A DNA stretch of 64,000 nucleotides from Octopus sinensis (GCF_006345805.1 NC_043006.1:37572001-37636000), one strand, 5' to 3'. Positions 1 through 13,500 are shown, numbered from the stretch's first letter. Notes: a model not told the origin generated them from the letters alone. A program made the numbers and translations.

Positions 1-51
1 ACCCTTACGTTGTAAGTACAATATCCTAATCATCAGGTGAAGAGCCTTACC

Positions 52-363
52 TGGCATTCTGTCGGTTACAACGAGGATGGTCCCAGGTGATTCGATCAAC
101 GGAACAGTCTGCTCGTGAAATTAACCTATAAGTGGCTGAGCACTCCACAGACACGTAGTTCTTAGCGGGATTCAGCGTGACACAGAATGTGACACGGCTG
201 GCCCCTTGAAATACAAGTACAACCCATGTTTGCCAGCTGAATGGATTGGAGTATTGAGAAATAAAGCGTCTTGCTCAAGGACATAATGTGCCGCCGAGAA
301 TTGAACTCACGACCTTACGAACGTGAGCTTAATAACCCTAAAAAGTAAACCATGCGCCTTCAC
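52..363 (-). mobile_element. tRNA-derived SINE, family S3 (Meta-domain-like core)
   Basis: Reverse complement shows tRNA-like head then TGTCCTTGAGCAAGAC..CCACTCAGCTGG core; alignable by eye to 3272-3582 and 13215-13500. Confidence 0.8.
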
Positions 364-692
364 CTAAGAACTTTGACAAAGTTACAAACGCTTTTATAGG
401 AATGACACAACCGAAACTGTCAGCATCACCTCCGAAGGTTTTAGTCGACCGAATCAACCCAAGTATTTTTACTGTGTTTTATTATTTTTTTTTGGCGGGG
501 GTTGCTACTAATTCTATCAGCCACTTTTGCCAAAATCGCAAACACACACACACACACATACACAGCAAGATGTCACGCAGTAGGACTGAATCTAGAACCA
601 GGTAGATGAAAAGCAACCTTCTTATCAAAGTCATGTCAGAACCTACTTGAACAATCTCTGTTGCGTTTTTTCGTATGATGTCCCATAGTAAA

Positions 693-1232
693 TACGAGGA
701 TGAGTAAAAAAGTAATGCCATTTTGTTAAGGATAGGTGTAATTACCAACACAAGAGCATGTATCATATATCAAAATGAAGCTGGTCCTCTGTAGATCACA
801 TTCCTATTTCTCAACATAGTCATCGTTTCTCTCAATAGCAATGTTCCACCTCCGAATAAGAGCATGTATCCCTGCCCCGTAAAATTCTGTTGACTGTTCT
901 TGAGCTACTTCTTCACAACAGTTTTCACTTCCTCGTCACTGGAATAATGTTTGCCCCTCAAGCCCTCTTTCATGGGGCCGAAGAGATGATAGTCTGAAGG
1001 CGCTAAATTTGGTTACGAGGAAGTGGTTAAAAGAACAGAATTTTACGGGGCAGGGATATATGCTCTCATTCGAAGGTGGAACGTTGCTATTGAAAGAAAC
1101 GGTGACTATGTTGAGAGGTAGGGATGTGATCCACAGAGGACCAGGTTCATTTTGATGCATGATACATGCTCCTGTGTCGGTAATTATACCTGTCCTAAAC
1201 AAAATGGCATTACTTTTTGACTCACCCTCCTA
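693..1232. mobile_element. mariner-derived foldback MITE made of two transposase 3' ends
   Basis: Arms ~693-890 and ~1035-1232 are inverted repeats with TA at both ends; minus strand reads LAPSDYHLFGPMKEGLRGKHYSSDEEVK.. (mariner C-terminus) after correcting a stop/frameshift. Confidence 0.85.
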
Positions 1233-1433
1233 TATCACATATTGTGATTTATTTCAAAGAAATAAATTACTAAACTTACATGCAGACATTCATGTCCTTT
1301 CTCACGGTGACTTGCCCTGTCATTTTTTTCTCATGTCGTGACTATTCTGTAATTTTTTTCTGTTTTTTTTTCTCGACTAATCATATTATTAACATGAGTT
1401 TTAAAGACTTTGTAGCGAGGCGAATGAGATCGT

Positions 1434-1837
1434 GTAAGGCGGCGTGCTGGCAGAAACGTTAGAACGCTGGGCGAAATGCTTAGCGGTATTTCGTATGCCA
1501 TTACGTTCTGAGTTCAAATTCCGCCGAGGTCGACTTTGCCTTTCATCCTTTCGGAGTCGATAAATTAAGAGCCAGTTACGCACTGGGGTCGATATAATCG
1601 ACTTAATCCGTCTGTCTGTCCTATTTTGTCTCCTCTGTGTTTAGCCCCTTGTGGGTAGTAAAGAAATAGGTATTTCGTCTGGCGCTACGTTCTGATTTCA
1701 AATTCCGCCGGGGTCGACTTTGCCTTTCATCCTTTCGGGGATCGATAAATTAAGTACCAGCTGCGTACTGGGTAGATCTAATCGACCGGTCCCCTCTACA
1801 AAAATTTTGAGCCTTGTGCCTAGAGTAGAAAAGAATG
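1434..1837 (+). mobile_element. SINE family S1 (Nin/Deu-domain-like), dimeric
   Basis: AAGGCGGCG(A/T)GCTGGCAGAAACGTTAG head, GAGGTCGACTTTGCCTTTCATCCTTTCGGGGTCGATAAATTAAGTACCAG core twice, AGTAGAAAAG tail. Confidence 0.85.
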
Positions 1838-1947
1838 ACATCGTGTGTTTTTCATGGCTTCCTTGAAGAAACATAAAGTAAACTATTGTAAAAGTCCATG
1901 TATAATACACCACTATTCACACACACACACACACACCACACACACAC

Positions 1948-2024
<77 letters not shown>

Positions 2025-2079
2025 ACGTGTCTTCTTTTTGTTTCAGACTAAATAAATTCAGATTTATAAATTAGATAAT

Positions 2080-3177
2080 GGCTATAGACTGAAATACAAT
2101 CATAACTCTCCTCAATGGAGGCGAAAGTAATACAGCTATTGCAAAACAGCTTCAAATTAACTGAACAACAGTCTGGAAAATTGTCAAGAAATTTCAAGGG
2201 ACTGGTTCCACCGCCGATTGATCTGGACTTGGCCGAAAAAGAAGTTTGCAGACCCCTCAGAGAAAAGACACGACGAAATTCTCGTCCTTCCGTCATAAAA
2301 CTGGCTGCCACAGCATAAAAAGCCGAACATCGATGTATCGAGGGCTGAAGGAAGATCTCGGGACCCATTCTCACAAGATGGTCCGTCGTCATGAGCTCCT
2401 GCAAGTTTATATGGCCTTAAGACTGGAAAGAAATTGTCTTATCCTGTATCAGATTGCTGAAGGCACCCTGTTCAACTGGGTGTTCACTGATGAAAAGAAA
2501 TTTGACGCCGAACAGACAGTAAGCCACCAGAATTTGGAGTTGATCTAGCTCCATCTGGGATAGACTCGTAAACCGATGTAAAAATCCACAGTCTGTTATG
2601 GTTTGGGCGGCTCTGACAGCCACTGGAAGGTCTCCGCTCGTTTTTGTGCCCTCACGTGTTAAAATTAATATTAATCGGAACATTAGCATCATTCTGGAAG
2701 CTGAACTGCTTCCATGGGTGAAGGAGCACTTTCATGGGCGCATCTTAGAGCCTCCAACAGGACTTGGCACCGTCGCACAACTCCAAACAGACACAATACT
2801 AGATCCAGAAAAAACATTTTGTCGTTCATAGGCAAGGATGTATAGCCCTCAAGAAGCCCCGATCTCAAACCCGTTGGATGTTTCTGTTTGGTCCATTTTA
2901 GAGACGAGGGTCTCGAGCAATCCTCGTGCTTCGCTCGACACTCTGAAGGCAAAACTGCACCAAGAATGGGCTTCGATTCCGCAAGAATAACTGCGTGCTG
3001 TGTATGAAGCATTTGCACAATTCGAGACAGAGGTGGTCATATCGAGTAAATGTAGTAGTGTCATAATTGCGTTTCAGTTACCACTGCATTGCAACACTCG
3101 CCCCACCCCCCAAAATATAATAATATTTTGCTTTGGCAAAATTGAAAAAAACTTAGTTGCCTTAATTTTGGGACACC

Positions 3178-3182
<5 letters not shown>
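2080..3182 (+). pseudogene. decayed IS630-Tc1-mariner transposon, DD37D (maT-like)
   Basis: Fragments FTDEKKF, MVWAALTATGRSPLVFV, QQDLAPSH and PSRSPDLxPLD; 37 residues between 2nd and 3rd D after correcting one frameshift; right TIR ..TTTTGGGACACCCTG-TA at ~3180; stops and frameshifts. Confidence 0.8.
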
Positions 3183-3253
<71 letters not shown>

Positions 3254-3271
3254 TGTGTGTGTGTGTGTGTG

Positions 3272-3582
3272 TTGGTACTTCGTTGGTTATGACGACGTGG
3301 GTTCCAGTTGATCCGATCAACGGAGCTGCCTGCTCCTGAAATTGACGTGCAAGGGGCTGAGCACTCCACAGACACACGTACCCTTAACATAGTTCTCAGG
3401 GAGGTTCAGCGTGACAAGGCTGGCCCTTTGAATTACAAGTACAACGCATTTTTGCCAGCTGAGTGGACTGAAGCAAGGTGAAGTAAAGCGTCTTGCTCAA
3501 GGACACAACACGCCGCCGGGAATCGAACACACGACCTTACGATCGTGAACCGAATACTTAGTCACTAAGCCACGCACCTTCA
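3272..3582 (-). mobile_element. SINE family S3
   Basis: Same head/core as 52-363, reverse strand. Confidence 0.8.
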
Positions 3583-4080
3583 TGTGTGCGTGTGCGCGTG
3601 TGCGTGTGTGCGTGTGCGTGTGTCATGCGCACATATGTACATATATACTTATGTGTGTGTGTTTGTGCTTGTCCGTGTTCGCTTCTACTTCTAATTATTT
3701 GAAGCATTGCTGTAAGGAAGGGACTGATTTCTATCAAAGATACAAAGCTCGGTCTTCGGAATGTAGAAAACAAAAACGATGACACCCTCCACTTAAAGTC
3801 TGTATTTCTGGTCATCTCAGCCGCAGTTGTGTCACTGGTTTTATAGCTGATTGCTGTGCAGCACTTAATCTACTGAAAATAAATTCACACAATGCTTGGA
3901 TTCTTAGAACGCTTGCACGGAACTAATGGGTTTAGGATGTGGTCGTACTTGGTCACGAGTTCACTTCCACCATGCATGTTTATAGGTATAGCATTATATC
4001 ACATATACTATACACATCTCGATTTTTGAAGCTGTTTTGAAATTTTATAATATTAAATACAACACGCAATATAACAGCTT

Positions 4081-4309
4081 TTAACCCTTTCGTTACCGTA
4101 TTTCTTATTAGATGCTCTGTGTTTCTTTCAATTATTTTAAATATAACAACGAATTTAGTAAAATAACTTAGTTATCATTAAGCTAGTGTGAGGAACATAA
4201 ACTGTGAATAAGGTTTGGTGGAAGATTTTAATTCAAAACATATGTAAAGAAGGCATTTGTACTACAGAGCCAGAAGCGGTTTCAGCCAGGTTGGTATCGA
4301 AAGAGTTAA
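4081..4309. mobile_element. TTAA-flanked MITE (piggyBac-type ends)
   Basis: TTAA-CCCTTTCGTTACC ... GGTATCGAAAGAG-TTAA: imperfect 13-bp TIR with TTAA on both sides. Confidence 0.7.
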
Positions 4310-4327
4310 TATTTCATTTTATATAAA

Positions 4328-4842
4328 ACTAGCAGTATCGCCCGGCGTTGCTCGGGTTTGTAAGGGAAATAACTATATAAGCATTTTTAGAGAGTTACTT
4401 CCCTTATAGATGCCAATTCGGGCTTTCTTAGCCATTTCTGTTTTGGTGTCTTCAAGCCATGAAGTCGTTGTTCTAAAAGAACGCTGGTCTCCTTGACAAC
4501 GCTTTACGACGTTGATTTCTTTACACTCCCTTCCCCACTGCTTCACGAGGGAGGGAAGAAGGGGGAGAAGCAAACAGGTGCAGGTGTGACCATGGACGCC
4601 AACTCCGCCGCCATCGACACACGAAAAATTGTGCATTAAAATGGAATAAAAAATGATGTTAAATTATTTTTAAAATCGTAGACTCATTGTAGACGCGCGC
4701 TAATACTCAGACGGGCTCGATATGAATCACGACTATAAGATACCCGAATTTGGTTAAACTGCACCGCAAAATGTGGGAGTAGTTAGGAATCTAAATCGAA
4801 GGGGACAGACACTCACACAACTACAGTTTTATATATATAGAT
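4328..4842 (+). mobile_element. non-autonomous Helentron/Helitron2-like element, family H1
   Basis: 5' ACTAGCAGTATCGCCCGGCGTTGCTCGGG hairpin, 3' TTTTATATATATAGAT; second copy at 57815-58113. Confidence 0.55.
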
Positions 4843-4892
4843 ATTGATATATAGGTATATAATTTAAAAGATCATTATCATAACAATGCTTA

Positions 4893-5320
4893 GTAAGGAA
4901 GTGAGCCAGCAGAATCGTTAGCACGGCGGGCGAAATGCTTAGCGGCATTTCGTCCGTCTTTACGTTCTGAGTTCAAACTGCGCCGTGGTGGAAATTGTCT
5001 TTTATCCTTTCGGGATCGATTAACTAAGCACCAGTTGAGCACCGGGGTCGATGTAATCGACTTACTCCGCCTCTCCCAAAATTGCTGGCCTTGTGCCAAA
5101 ATTTGAAACCAATTTAATAAAGCTTTGTAAGGCGGCGAGTAGGCAGAATCGTTGGCACGCCGGACAAGATGCCTAGCAGCATTTCGTCCGTCTTTACATT
5201 CTGAGTTCAAATTCCGCCGAGGTCAACTTTGCCTTTCGTCCTTTCGGGGTCGATGTAATCGACTTACTCCCTCCCGCCGAAACTGCTGGCTTTGTTCCAA
5301 AATTTGAAACTAATATAACA
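4893..5320 (+). mobile_element. two tandem S1 SINE copies
   Basis: Two S1 heads (~4893, ~5128), each with core and CCAAAATTTGAAAC tail. Confidence 0.8.
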
Positions 5321-6087
5321 AAGCCTTTTTAGATTATTCTTCTCTTGTCTTAAAAACAGATGGAGAAAAACTTTACAGCATAAAACCATATTCATAGCAT
5401 GAGCTCTAATTTTGATTTTAGTTAAAACATGAGAAGCTGCATTTTATACGAGAGCTTCAGCGAGGAATGGAAACTATGTATTCGTGTCTTTACAGACTAA
5501 TTCACTCACTGCACTGTGAAAAGCAATATAAAAATATATTCAGAATTTATAGTTAACAAAGCTACATTCTTTCCTATCTTCTCTCGTGCTTTCATTGCGA
5601 ATATGATTTTAAAAATGCTATGTTATCGCTCATAAAAGTCTGAAGTGCTTCATCTATATCAATCATCAACAGCTGAAAGTTGAACGACATTGTTTGTGAG
5701 GCTGGAGATGGAAAGATAGATACGGCCTAATGGAGGTCTGCATTAAACAAAGATATCGGATTGCATTTTCATGTGCAAACTTCCTTATATGCAGTTTTTG
5801 CATGTACTATTTCGCATGGTCTGCTATATGTAAGAAGGGAGGGATGAAAATTCTAGAGTCTAGTGGTACTAATTGCTAATAGTACATCTAATGCCAATTT
5901 CATTTAGTAGTTATCGTAGACAACAGTATACAGTTACAAACCGAAAACACTATGAATAAATAATAAGCAAGGAATCCAGGCCAGGTGTATCAAATAACCG
6001 TATTCGATTTGAAAGCACAAATTGCCAGAAATGCATTGTTTGCATAAATTCATACAGACAGACAGAAAACATAAATATGTGTTTGCT

Positions 6088-6145
<58 letters not shown>

Positions 6146-6246
6146 CATATAGATGCGTTTATGATTTATATATTAATACAAATATGTATGCGTGTGTGTG
6201 TGTGTATGTGTGTGTATACTCACACACATATATTAATATGTAAATC

Positions 6247-6369
6247 ATATGGTTCCGGGTTCAGTCCCACTGCATGGTACCTTGGGCAAGTGTCTTCTAC
6301 TATAGCTTCGGGCTGACCGAAGCCTTGTGAGTGGATTTGGTAGACGGAAACTGAAAGAAGCCCGTCTTA

Positions 6370-6416
<47 letters not shown>

Positions 6417-6640
6417 GTGTGTGTACATGTTTGTGTGTCTGTGTTTGTCCCCCCCCCCACAACATCGCTTGACAACCAATGCTGGTGTGTTTAAATCCCC
6501 GTAACTTAGCGGTTCGGCAAAAGAGACCGATAGAATAAGTACTAGGCTTACAAAGAATAAGTCCTGAGGTCGATTTACTCGACTAAAGGCGATGCTCCAG
6601 CATGGCCACAGTCAAATGACTGAAACAAGTAAAAGAGTAA
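6247..6640 (+). mobile_element. CORE-like SINE family S2 with internal microsatellite
   Basis: GGTTCAGTCCCACTGC..ACCTTGGGCAAGTGTCTTC core, internal (TA)n, 3' GACTGAAACAAGTAAAAGAG tail. Confidence 0.85.
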
Positions 6641-6959
6641 TATATATAATGTATATATAATGTATATAGGTATCCCTGTGCATAACTATATATGGATAAA
6701 ATATCCATGTACAGGCATACCTCACTCTACATCGTTAATTGGTTTCATGAGACACGGTTTCAGTCGAAAAACGATTCAAGTTGAATTTACTTGTCTCTAG
6801 GCCAAACTGATAATAACTATTCCCAGTTTTGTACTTTATTTATGAATGCATTTTCAATAATGCATGGTAAATAAAAGCCTATTTTAAGCTTACAAACAAA
6901 TAATTTTTATTTTTAGTACAGTAAAGTAAAAAATAAGTAATATAAATTCACGAATACAA

Positions 6960-7541
6960 TTTGACGGTGTTTACCGTACATCGCGGACGCTTTACTCATG
7001 AATGTGGTTTGCAAAAAGATAAAATACAAGCCTTCTTCCAACTGTTAAACATGGAGAAGGATATGTGATGACCTGGGGTGAGGTGGGGGGCTATATGTTG
7101 GAAATCCGCCGGCCCAATAGGTACTCTTCATGACTATTTAAGCATTTTATTTGATTAAATTCATCCTATGTTTGCGGAACTGTTTCGGGGGGAAACGCAA
7201 CCTTTCAGGATGATAATGCACCGATTCAGACAGCTAAAGTTGTTACTGAATGGCACGAGGAACATTCTGTGAAATTGAATATCTTATGTGGCCACCACAG
7301 TCCCCAGATCTCAATATTATTGAACATTTATGGTGCATTTTAGGAAAAACATCACTACAAGAACTGGAGACTGTTTTAGCTGAAGAATGGACAAAAATTC
7401 CTTTGGAAACAATTCAAACTTCGTACGAGTTCATACCTCATAGAATTCAAGCTGTAATTACTGCCAAAGGGGTCCTATCCCATATTAAAATAAATCTGTT
7501 CTAAATTTTAAGGTGTTTTCATTATTTTGTCCAACCCGTGT
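6960..7541 (+). pseudogene. Tc1 transposase 3' fragment
   Basis: PTVKHG, FQDDNAPI and WPPQSPDLNIIEHLW motifs; right TIR ..TTGTCCAACCCGTG-TA. Confidence 0.85.
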
Positions 7542-7554
7542 ATATATATATATA

Positions 7555-8463
7555 AAACAAACTGGGAGGAAAGAGACGGAACGAAGTGAGAATTCGAAAA
7601 ATCGAAAATTCAAACGAACCCGACGCGAAGCGCTGTCAGACAATAGTGTAATAAATAAAATATATGCATACATACAAACATATATGTACGTACCGACATC
7701 TAGATGTATATATACATGCATATATAAATATATATACGTACAGGACACCACAAGAAGACGTAAAAATCAACAGAAACAGATAGAGGAAGACACTCTGTCT
7801 CTCTCTCTCTCTCTCCCACTCCTCCTCACTTTCGTCACTGCTAATCCTTTCGCCTGTTGCATTCAGGCCCTAAGGTCATGTTTCCCAGCGCTCGCCAGTT
7901 ACCTTCTCATCCCCGCCAGAAAAAGGCCTTCGTTCGTCTTTTTCGTTTGTTCTCTTGTTTATTTTGATTTCTCGTATTGTAATTTAATTCTCGTTTTGTA
8001 TTTTCTTGTACATGTATCTTTAATTTTGTATTTTTTCTTGTCCTTTTTTGTGCAGTTCTTTGTTACATTTTTTCTTGCTCGTTTTACCCCTCTACGAGGT
8101 TATTTTATTTTAATTCTCTCGTAGGAAGGCCTAGCATGACCAGACGTGTCCTGTCTTGCCTTCGAAACACGCTATGTCTGCTAGCGACAGCTGATGAAGG
8201 GGATTTTTCCTTGTGCAGCATGTCCTGTACTTCGTTTTTCTGCTGTACATAATTGTTTTTCACGTTTTCGTTTTCGTCTTGTTCCACGTCTCTGTCCTTC
8301 TGTTGTAACAAAATGGCTTTTCCGTTTTCGTTTCTGTTGATTTTTACGTCTTCTTGTGGTGTCCTGTACGTATATATATTTATATATGCATGTATATATA
8401 CATGTAGATGTCGGTACGTACATATATGTTTGTATGTATGCATATATTTTATTTATTACACTA
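7555..8463 (+). mobile_element. inverted-arm element between TA tracts (PLE pseudo-LTR-like architecture)
   Basis: 134-bp arms 7644-7777 and 8330-8463 are near-perfect inverted repeats (one mismatch seen); related tails at ~13710-13920 and ~47400-47580; PLE assignment is inference. Confidence 0.55.
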
Positions 8464-8474
8464 TATATATATAT

Positions 8475-8545
<71 letters not shown>

Positions 8546-9955
8546 GATATTATCGGATGAATGTGAGTTCATCCTTTAATTGGAATTATTTCCAAATTTC
8601 CAAAGATTTCTCGTGTCTTATCTTCATACTTTATTTTGGAATTTACTTATGTAAATTTGTATAGGTATGGAAACTCGTATAGAATTAATCAGTATATGAT
8701 TTAACTTATTCAACACAGTTCAACAAATTCATTCATATTCATGTAAATGGAAGCGATTAGATGTTAAAACGGAGTATAGTTTTTATTATTCATGTTGCTA
8801 AACAATTTGTTTCATACAAAAAGACTCAGATATTCATAAATAGAAAATCGCAATAGTCATATTTGTACTCGTCAGCAGCTGATATAAAAACTAAAAAAGA
8901 CGTTAAGAATACAAAGGTTTTCTCTAGGTTATCCTTTTAGGATTAATGTATTCGTTCTTGCAGTCATGCCTATTTGAATCAAGATTAAAAAATATACAAT
9001 TACGTACTGACATATGTAATATTAAAAAAAACTGACATACTCTCTATAAAATCTTATATGTGTGTCTTTAAAACTCCTTAAATGAATTATATTACTAGTC
9101 AGGTTGTATTTGTATGTACGAATGAATTTTTCAAATACAAATTTGGTTTTTTTCTTAGCCGTCAATTATCCTTTCGACTTCAGAAATTTCTAGAAAAAAT
9201 GGTCTTTAATAGTATCCAAGAATAATTTCAGGTTTATAAAATTTATAATTTAAGTATTTATTGTAAATGATAGGTCTAATATTCTTAGACAAAATAAGTA
9301 TTATAATTCGTAATTAATTATCTAGTCACAGTATTGATATGTTTAAGACAATTTAGAAATAAATACTATACGAGTAATAAGGTTTAAATAAAGTCTAAAT
9401 AAAGGGGGTTACTTACGTTATAAACTTATGTAATCAAATATAGAGCCATTAGTATATAAGAAAGGTTGTTGTGTTTTTGATAGTTTATATGGAAAATATT
9501 TATATCATTGTTGATTATGATATGCCATTTTCTATCATCAATTAAACTGTCGACATTTTTGACGACACGGGTATGATCGTATCAAAGTGTTAAAGATAAC
9601 TTGATGTAATGTACGCTGTGGAGAGGGGATAGTAAAAGGGTGGGAGTGATAGAGGGAGTGAGAGAGCGGGAGGGAAGCGAGGGGGGATTCAATCGGACGC
9701 TACTAGCAGGTGCGCACATACACACACACATGTGAACACTTTAGGTCCACATACACATACACATACACACAGCAGTGTGTATGCGTGTGAAACAGGGCGG
9801 GTGTATGCGTGTATGTATGCAACACCATTAGTATTTGTGTGTATGGGAACTAAAGGAGAACTTTTCCGGTAAATATTGTTTCTTCTTCTCAATTATAAAT
9901 GAGAAAATATTCCATTTCGGTATTTCGGTAGTTAAATTTATTTCATGGTGGTGTG

Positions 9956-10023
<68 letters not shown>

Positions 10024-10250
10024 TATATATAATTATATATATATATATATATGTATGTATGTTGTATATGTATATATACGTATAAATTATAAATAGAATT
10101 GTTAATGGTTGGTTGTAAAGAAACTGCTGAAGCCTCACACACCACACACATACGCATATATATATATACGTGTAATATATATATATATACACACACAAAA
10201 GTGCATGTGTGGTGTTGTGTGTAGAGTGTGTGTGTGTGTGTGCGTGTGTG

Positions 10251-10298
<48 letters not shown>

Positions 10299-10519
10299 AT
10301 AATTTTGTCTTCTGCACTTTAATTAGAACCACACACTAAGTATTAGACGTGCTATTTATAAGTTATACGTATGCATCCGAATAACATATATTTACACATT
10401 ACCTAATTACATCTACTCATTAGGACAAAAACAAAGTCGAATAAATTTGACGAATGACTGGAACTACAGAAATGGAATAAACAATATTTCTCGTAAAACT
10501 CTTCTTTTACAAACGCTAA

Positions 10520-11349
<830 letters not shown>

Positions 11350-11380
11350 TGTCAGAAAAAAATACGGTATCTCTTCTGAT

Positions 11381-11518
11381 TCTCTTTTACTCTTTTACTT
11401 GTTTCAGTCATTTGACTGCGGCCATGCTGGAGCATCGCCTTTTATTCGGGTAAATCGACCCCAGGACTTATTCTTTGTAAGCCTAGTACTTATTCTATCG
11501 GTCTCTTTTGCCGAACCA
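11381..11518 (-). mobile_element. S2 SINE 3' fragment
   Basis: CTCTTTTACTTGTTTCAGTCATTTGACTGCGGCC tail. Confidence 0.8.
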
Positions 11519-11569
11519 GCCATGACCATTACATGAAAGAGCACTAGAATTAGTAGTTCTTTCCATTAC

Positions 11570-11855
11570 CAAGGTTGCAGAGCTTGATTTAAGGGAAATT
11601 TAGTTGCTATTTCTAGTGGCCAAGCCACCATATAGCAGCTTCCTCATTAACTCTAAACTCAGCCTGCATTGAGCAGACCTGAGCTTGATTCGAGGGAGAT
11701 TTAGCTGCTATTTCTTCTAAGTCAAACTATTATAAAGCAATTCTCTCATTAGCTCAAAAGTCAACCGTCATTGAGCAGGCCTGTGCTTCATTCGATGGAG
11801 ATTTAGCTGCTGTTTCTAGTCGGTCGAAATACCATGTAGCAGCACCCTCATTCAC
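11570..11855 (+). repeat. ~118-bp imperfect tandem repeat, about 2.5 copies
   Basis: Recurrent GGAGATTTAGCTGCTATTTCTAG...CTCATT unit; single related copy at ~29035-29100. Confidence 0.65.
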
Positions 11856-12419
11856 TTGTTGAACTCTTTAAAATATTTGACGGCGCTGACCACCGTTAGT
11901 TTCTTCGTATTCCATTGTTTTATTACAGACACAGTTAAACCAATGTTAGGATATTTGATGCAGAGGGAGAATTTAGAACGCTGTTGTTAGACATGTACAA
12001 GGTCCAGACATTGCTGGAATACAAAAGAGAAAGATGGCTGGCAAAGCGAGGCTGGCTGACACACGAAGGAGGCGTTGTTTAAAAGGATAACAGAGAAGGA
12101 AAGGAGAGAAAGAGATTGAGAGAAAGAATGATTATGGGGAGAGTGGATGAGGCTATCTGAGGACGACATCTTTTCAGGATAGCAACAAATAATAACGATA
12201 GTGACAATAATCCCGGACAGCCTGAAAAGCAACATAGTTAGCCATGACACAAACGCGAGACAGGTCTGTAAGGGAAAGTAAATGACATTCAAAATTAACG
12301 GCTTTAAAAGAGAATTTAAATAACATGGAAAATAATAAGTTGCATAAAGACGAGAAAAGGGAGAGAGGAAAATAAACCGAAACGAAATAAAAAAAAAAAT
12401 AATTCAAATAAATCAAATA

Positions 12420-12900
12420 AGAGAGAGAGAGAGAGAGAGAGGGGGGGAGAGAGAAGTAGTAGTAGCAAACGAAAAGGAAAAGACAAGAGGGGAGAAAAAG
12501 AAAAGAAGGGAGAAGGAAAAGGAAGAGAAAAGGAAGAGGAGGAGGGGGAAGAGGAGAAGGAGGGGGAGGGGGAGAAGAAGAGAAGAAGAAGAAGAAGGAC
12601 AACAACAACAACAATGGAAAATAGAGGTGGAAGAGGGGAAAGGAGGAGGAGGAGGAGAAGGAGGAGAAGAAGAAGAAGAACAAGAAGAAGGACAACAACA
12701 ACAACAAAGGAAAATAGAGGTGGAAGAGGGGAAAGGAGGAGGGGGAGGAGGAGAAGAAGAAGAAGGACAACAACAACAAAGGAAAATAGAGGTGGAAGAG
12801 GGGAAAGGAGGAGGAGGAGGAGAAGGAGGAGAAGAAGAAGAAGAAGAAGAAGAAGAAGAAGAAGAAGAAGAAGAAGAAGAAGAAGAAGAAGCGGGCGAAC
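12420..12900. repeat. purine-rich GAA/GGA tract with three ~65-120-bp compound repeats
   Basis: GGACAACAACAAC..AAAATAGAGGTGGAAGAGGGGAAAGGAGG occurs three times, followed by (GAA)n. Confidence 0.9.
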
Positions 12901-13214
12901 AGAAGGAGAACAACAACACCAAAAATAAGAAAAGGAAAACAAAAACTACGAAAGCGTTAAACCGACAAACATGTTTCTGACGCCATTTTCTAAATTAGCA
13001 GACGTCGTGCGATATGAGATTTTGACAGTTTCTCTTTTAAGAAAACATAAAACGAAGAAGATGAGAAAGAAAATGCATAAATGGAGAAGGTTTAAAGCGT
13101 CGTAGGTAGAGGCAGGGCGGTGGGGGACGAGGCCTGAGTAAGTGGGTAAGACGACGAGAGATCACAAAATTGTTGGTGAAGAATTATGCAGTTTCAATGC
13201 GTGTGTGCATTTTG

Positions 13215-13500
13215 CCTGCGTCACCATGGGCAAATGGCTAGGATGTTCGGCTCACGATTGCCAGGTCGTGATTCCGATACCCGTTGGCGTATTGTGACCT
13301 TGAGCAAGGCACTTTATTTCACATTGTTCCAATCCATCCAGCTGGCAAAAATGAACAGTTCTTGGATTTCAAAAGGCCAGCTTTGTCACATATCCTTGAG
13401 AACTACGTTAAGGGTACGCGTGTCTGTGAAGTACTCAGCCACTTGCACGTTAATTTCAGAGCAGGCTGTTCAATTGATCGGACCAACTGGAACCCTCGTT
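13215..13500 (+). mobile_element. SINE family S3, diverged
   Basis: CCTTGAGCAAGGCACTTTATTTCACATTGTTCCAATCCATCCAGCTGG core. Confidence 0.7.

Noticed and set aside
7513-8124. 203-aa ORF
   Set aside because: Runs through microsatellite, an inverted repeat arm and a T-rich tract; compositionally biased with no motif
12174-12980. Long poly-L/S/R/E ORFs on both strands
   Set aside because: All frames are open because of GAA/GGA repeats; no splice or codon evidence
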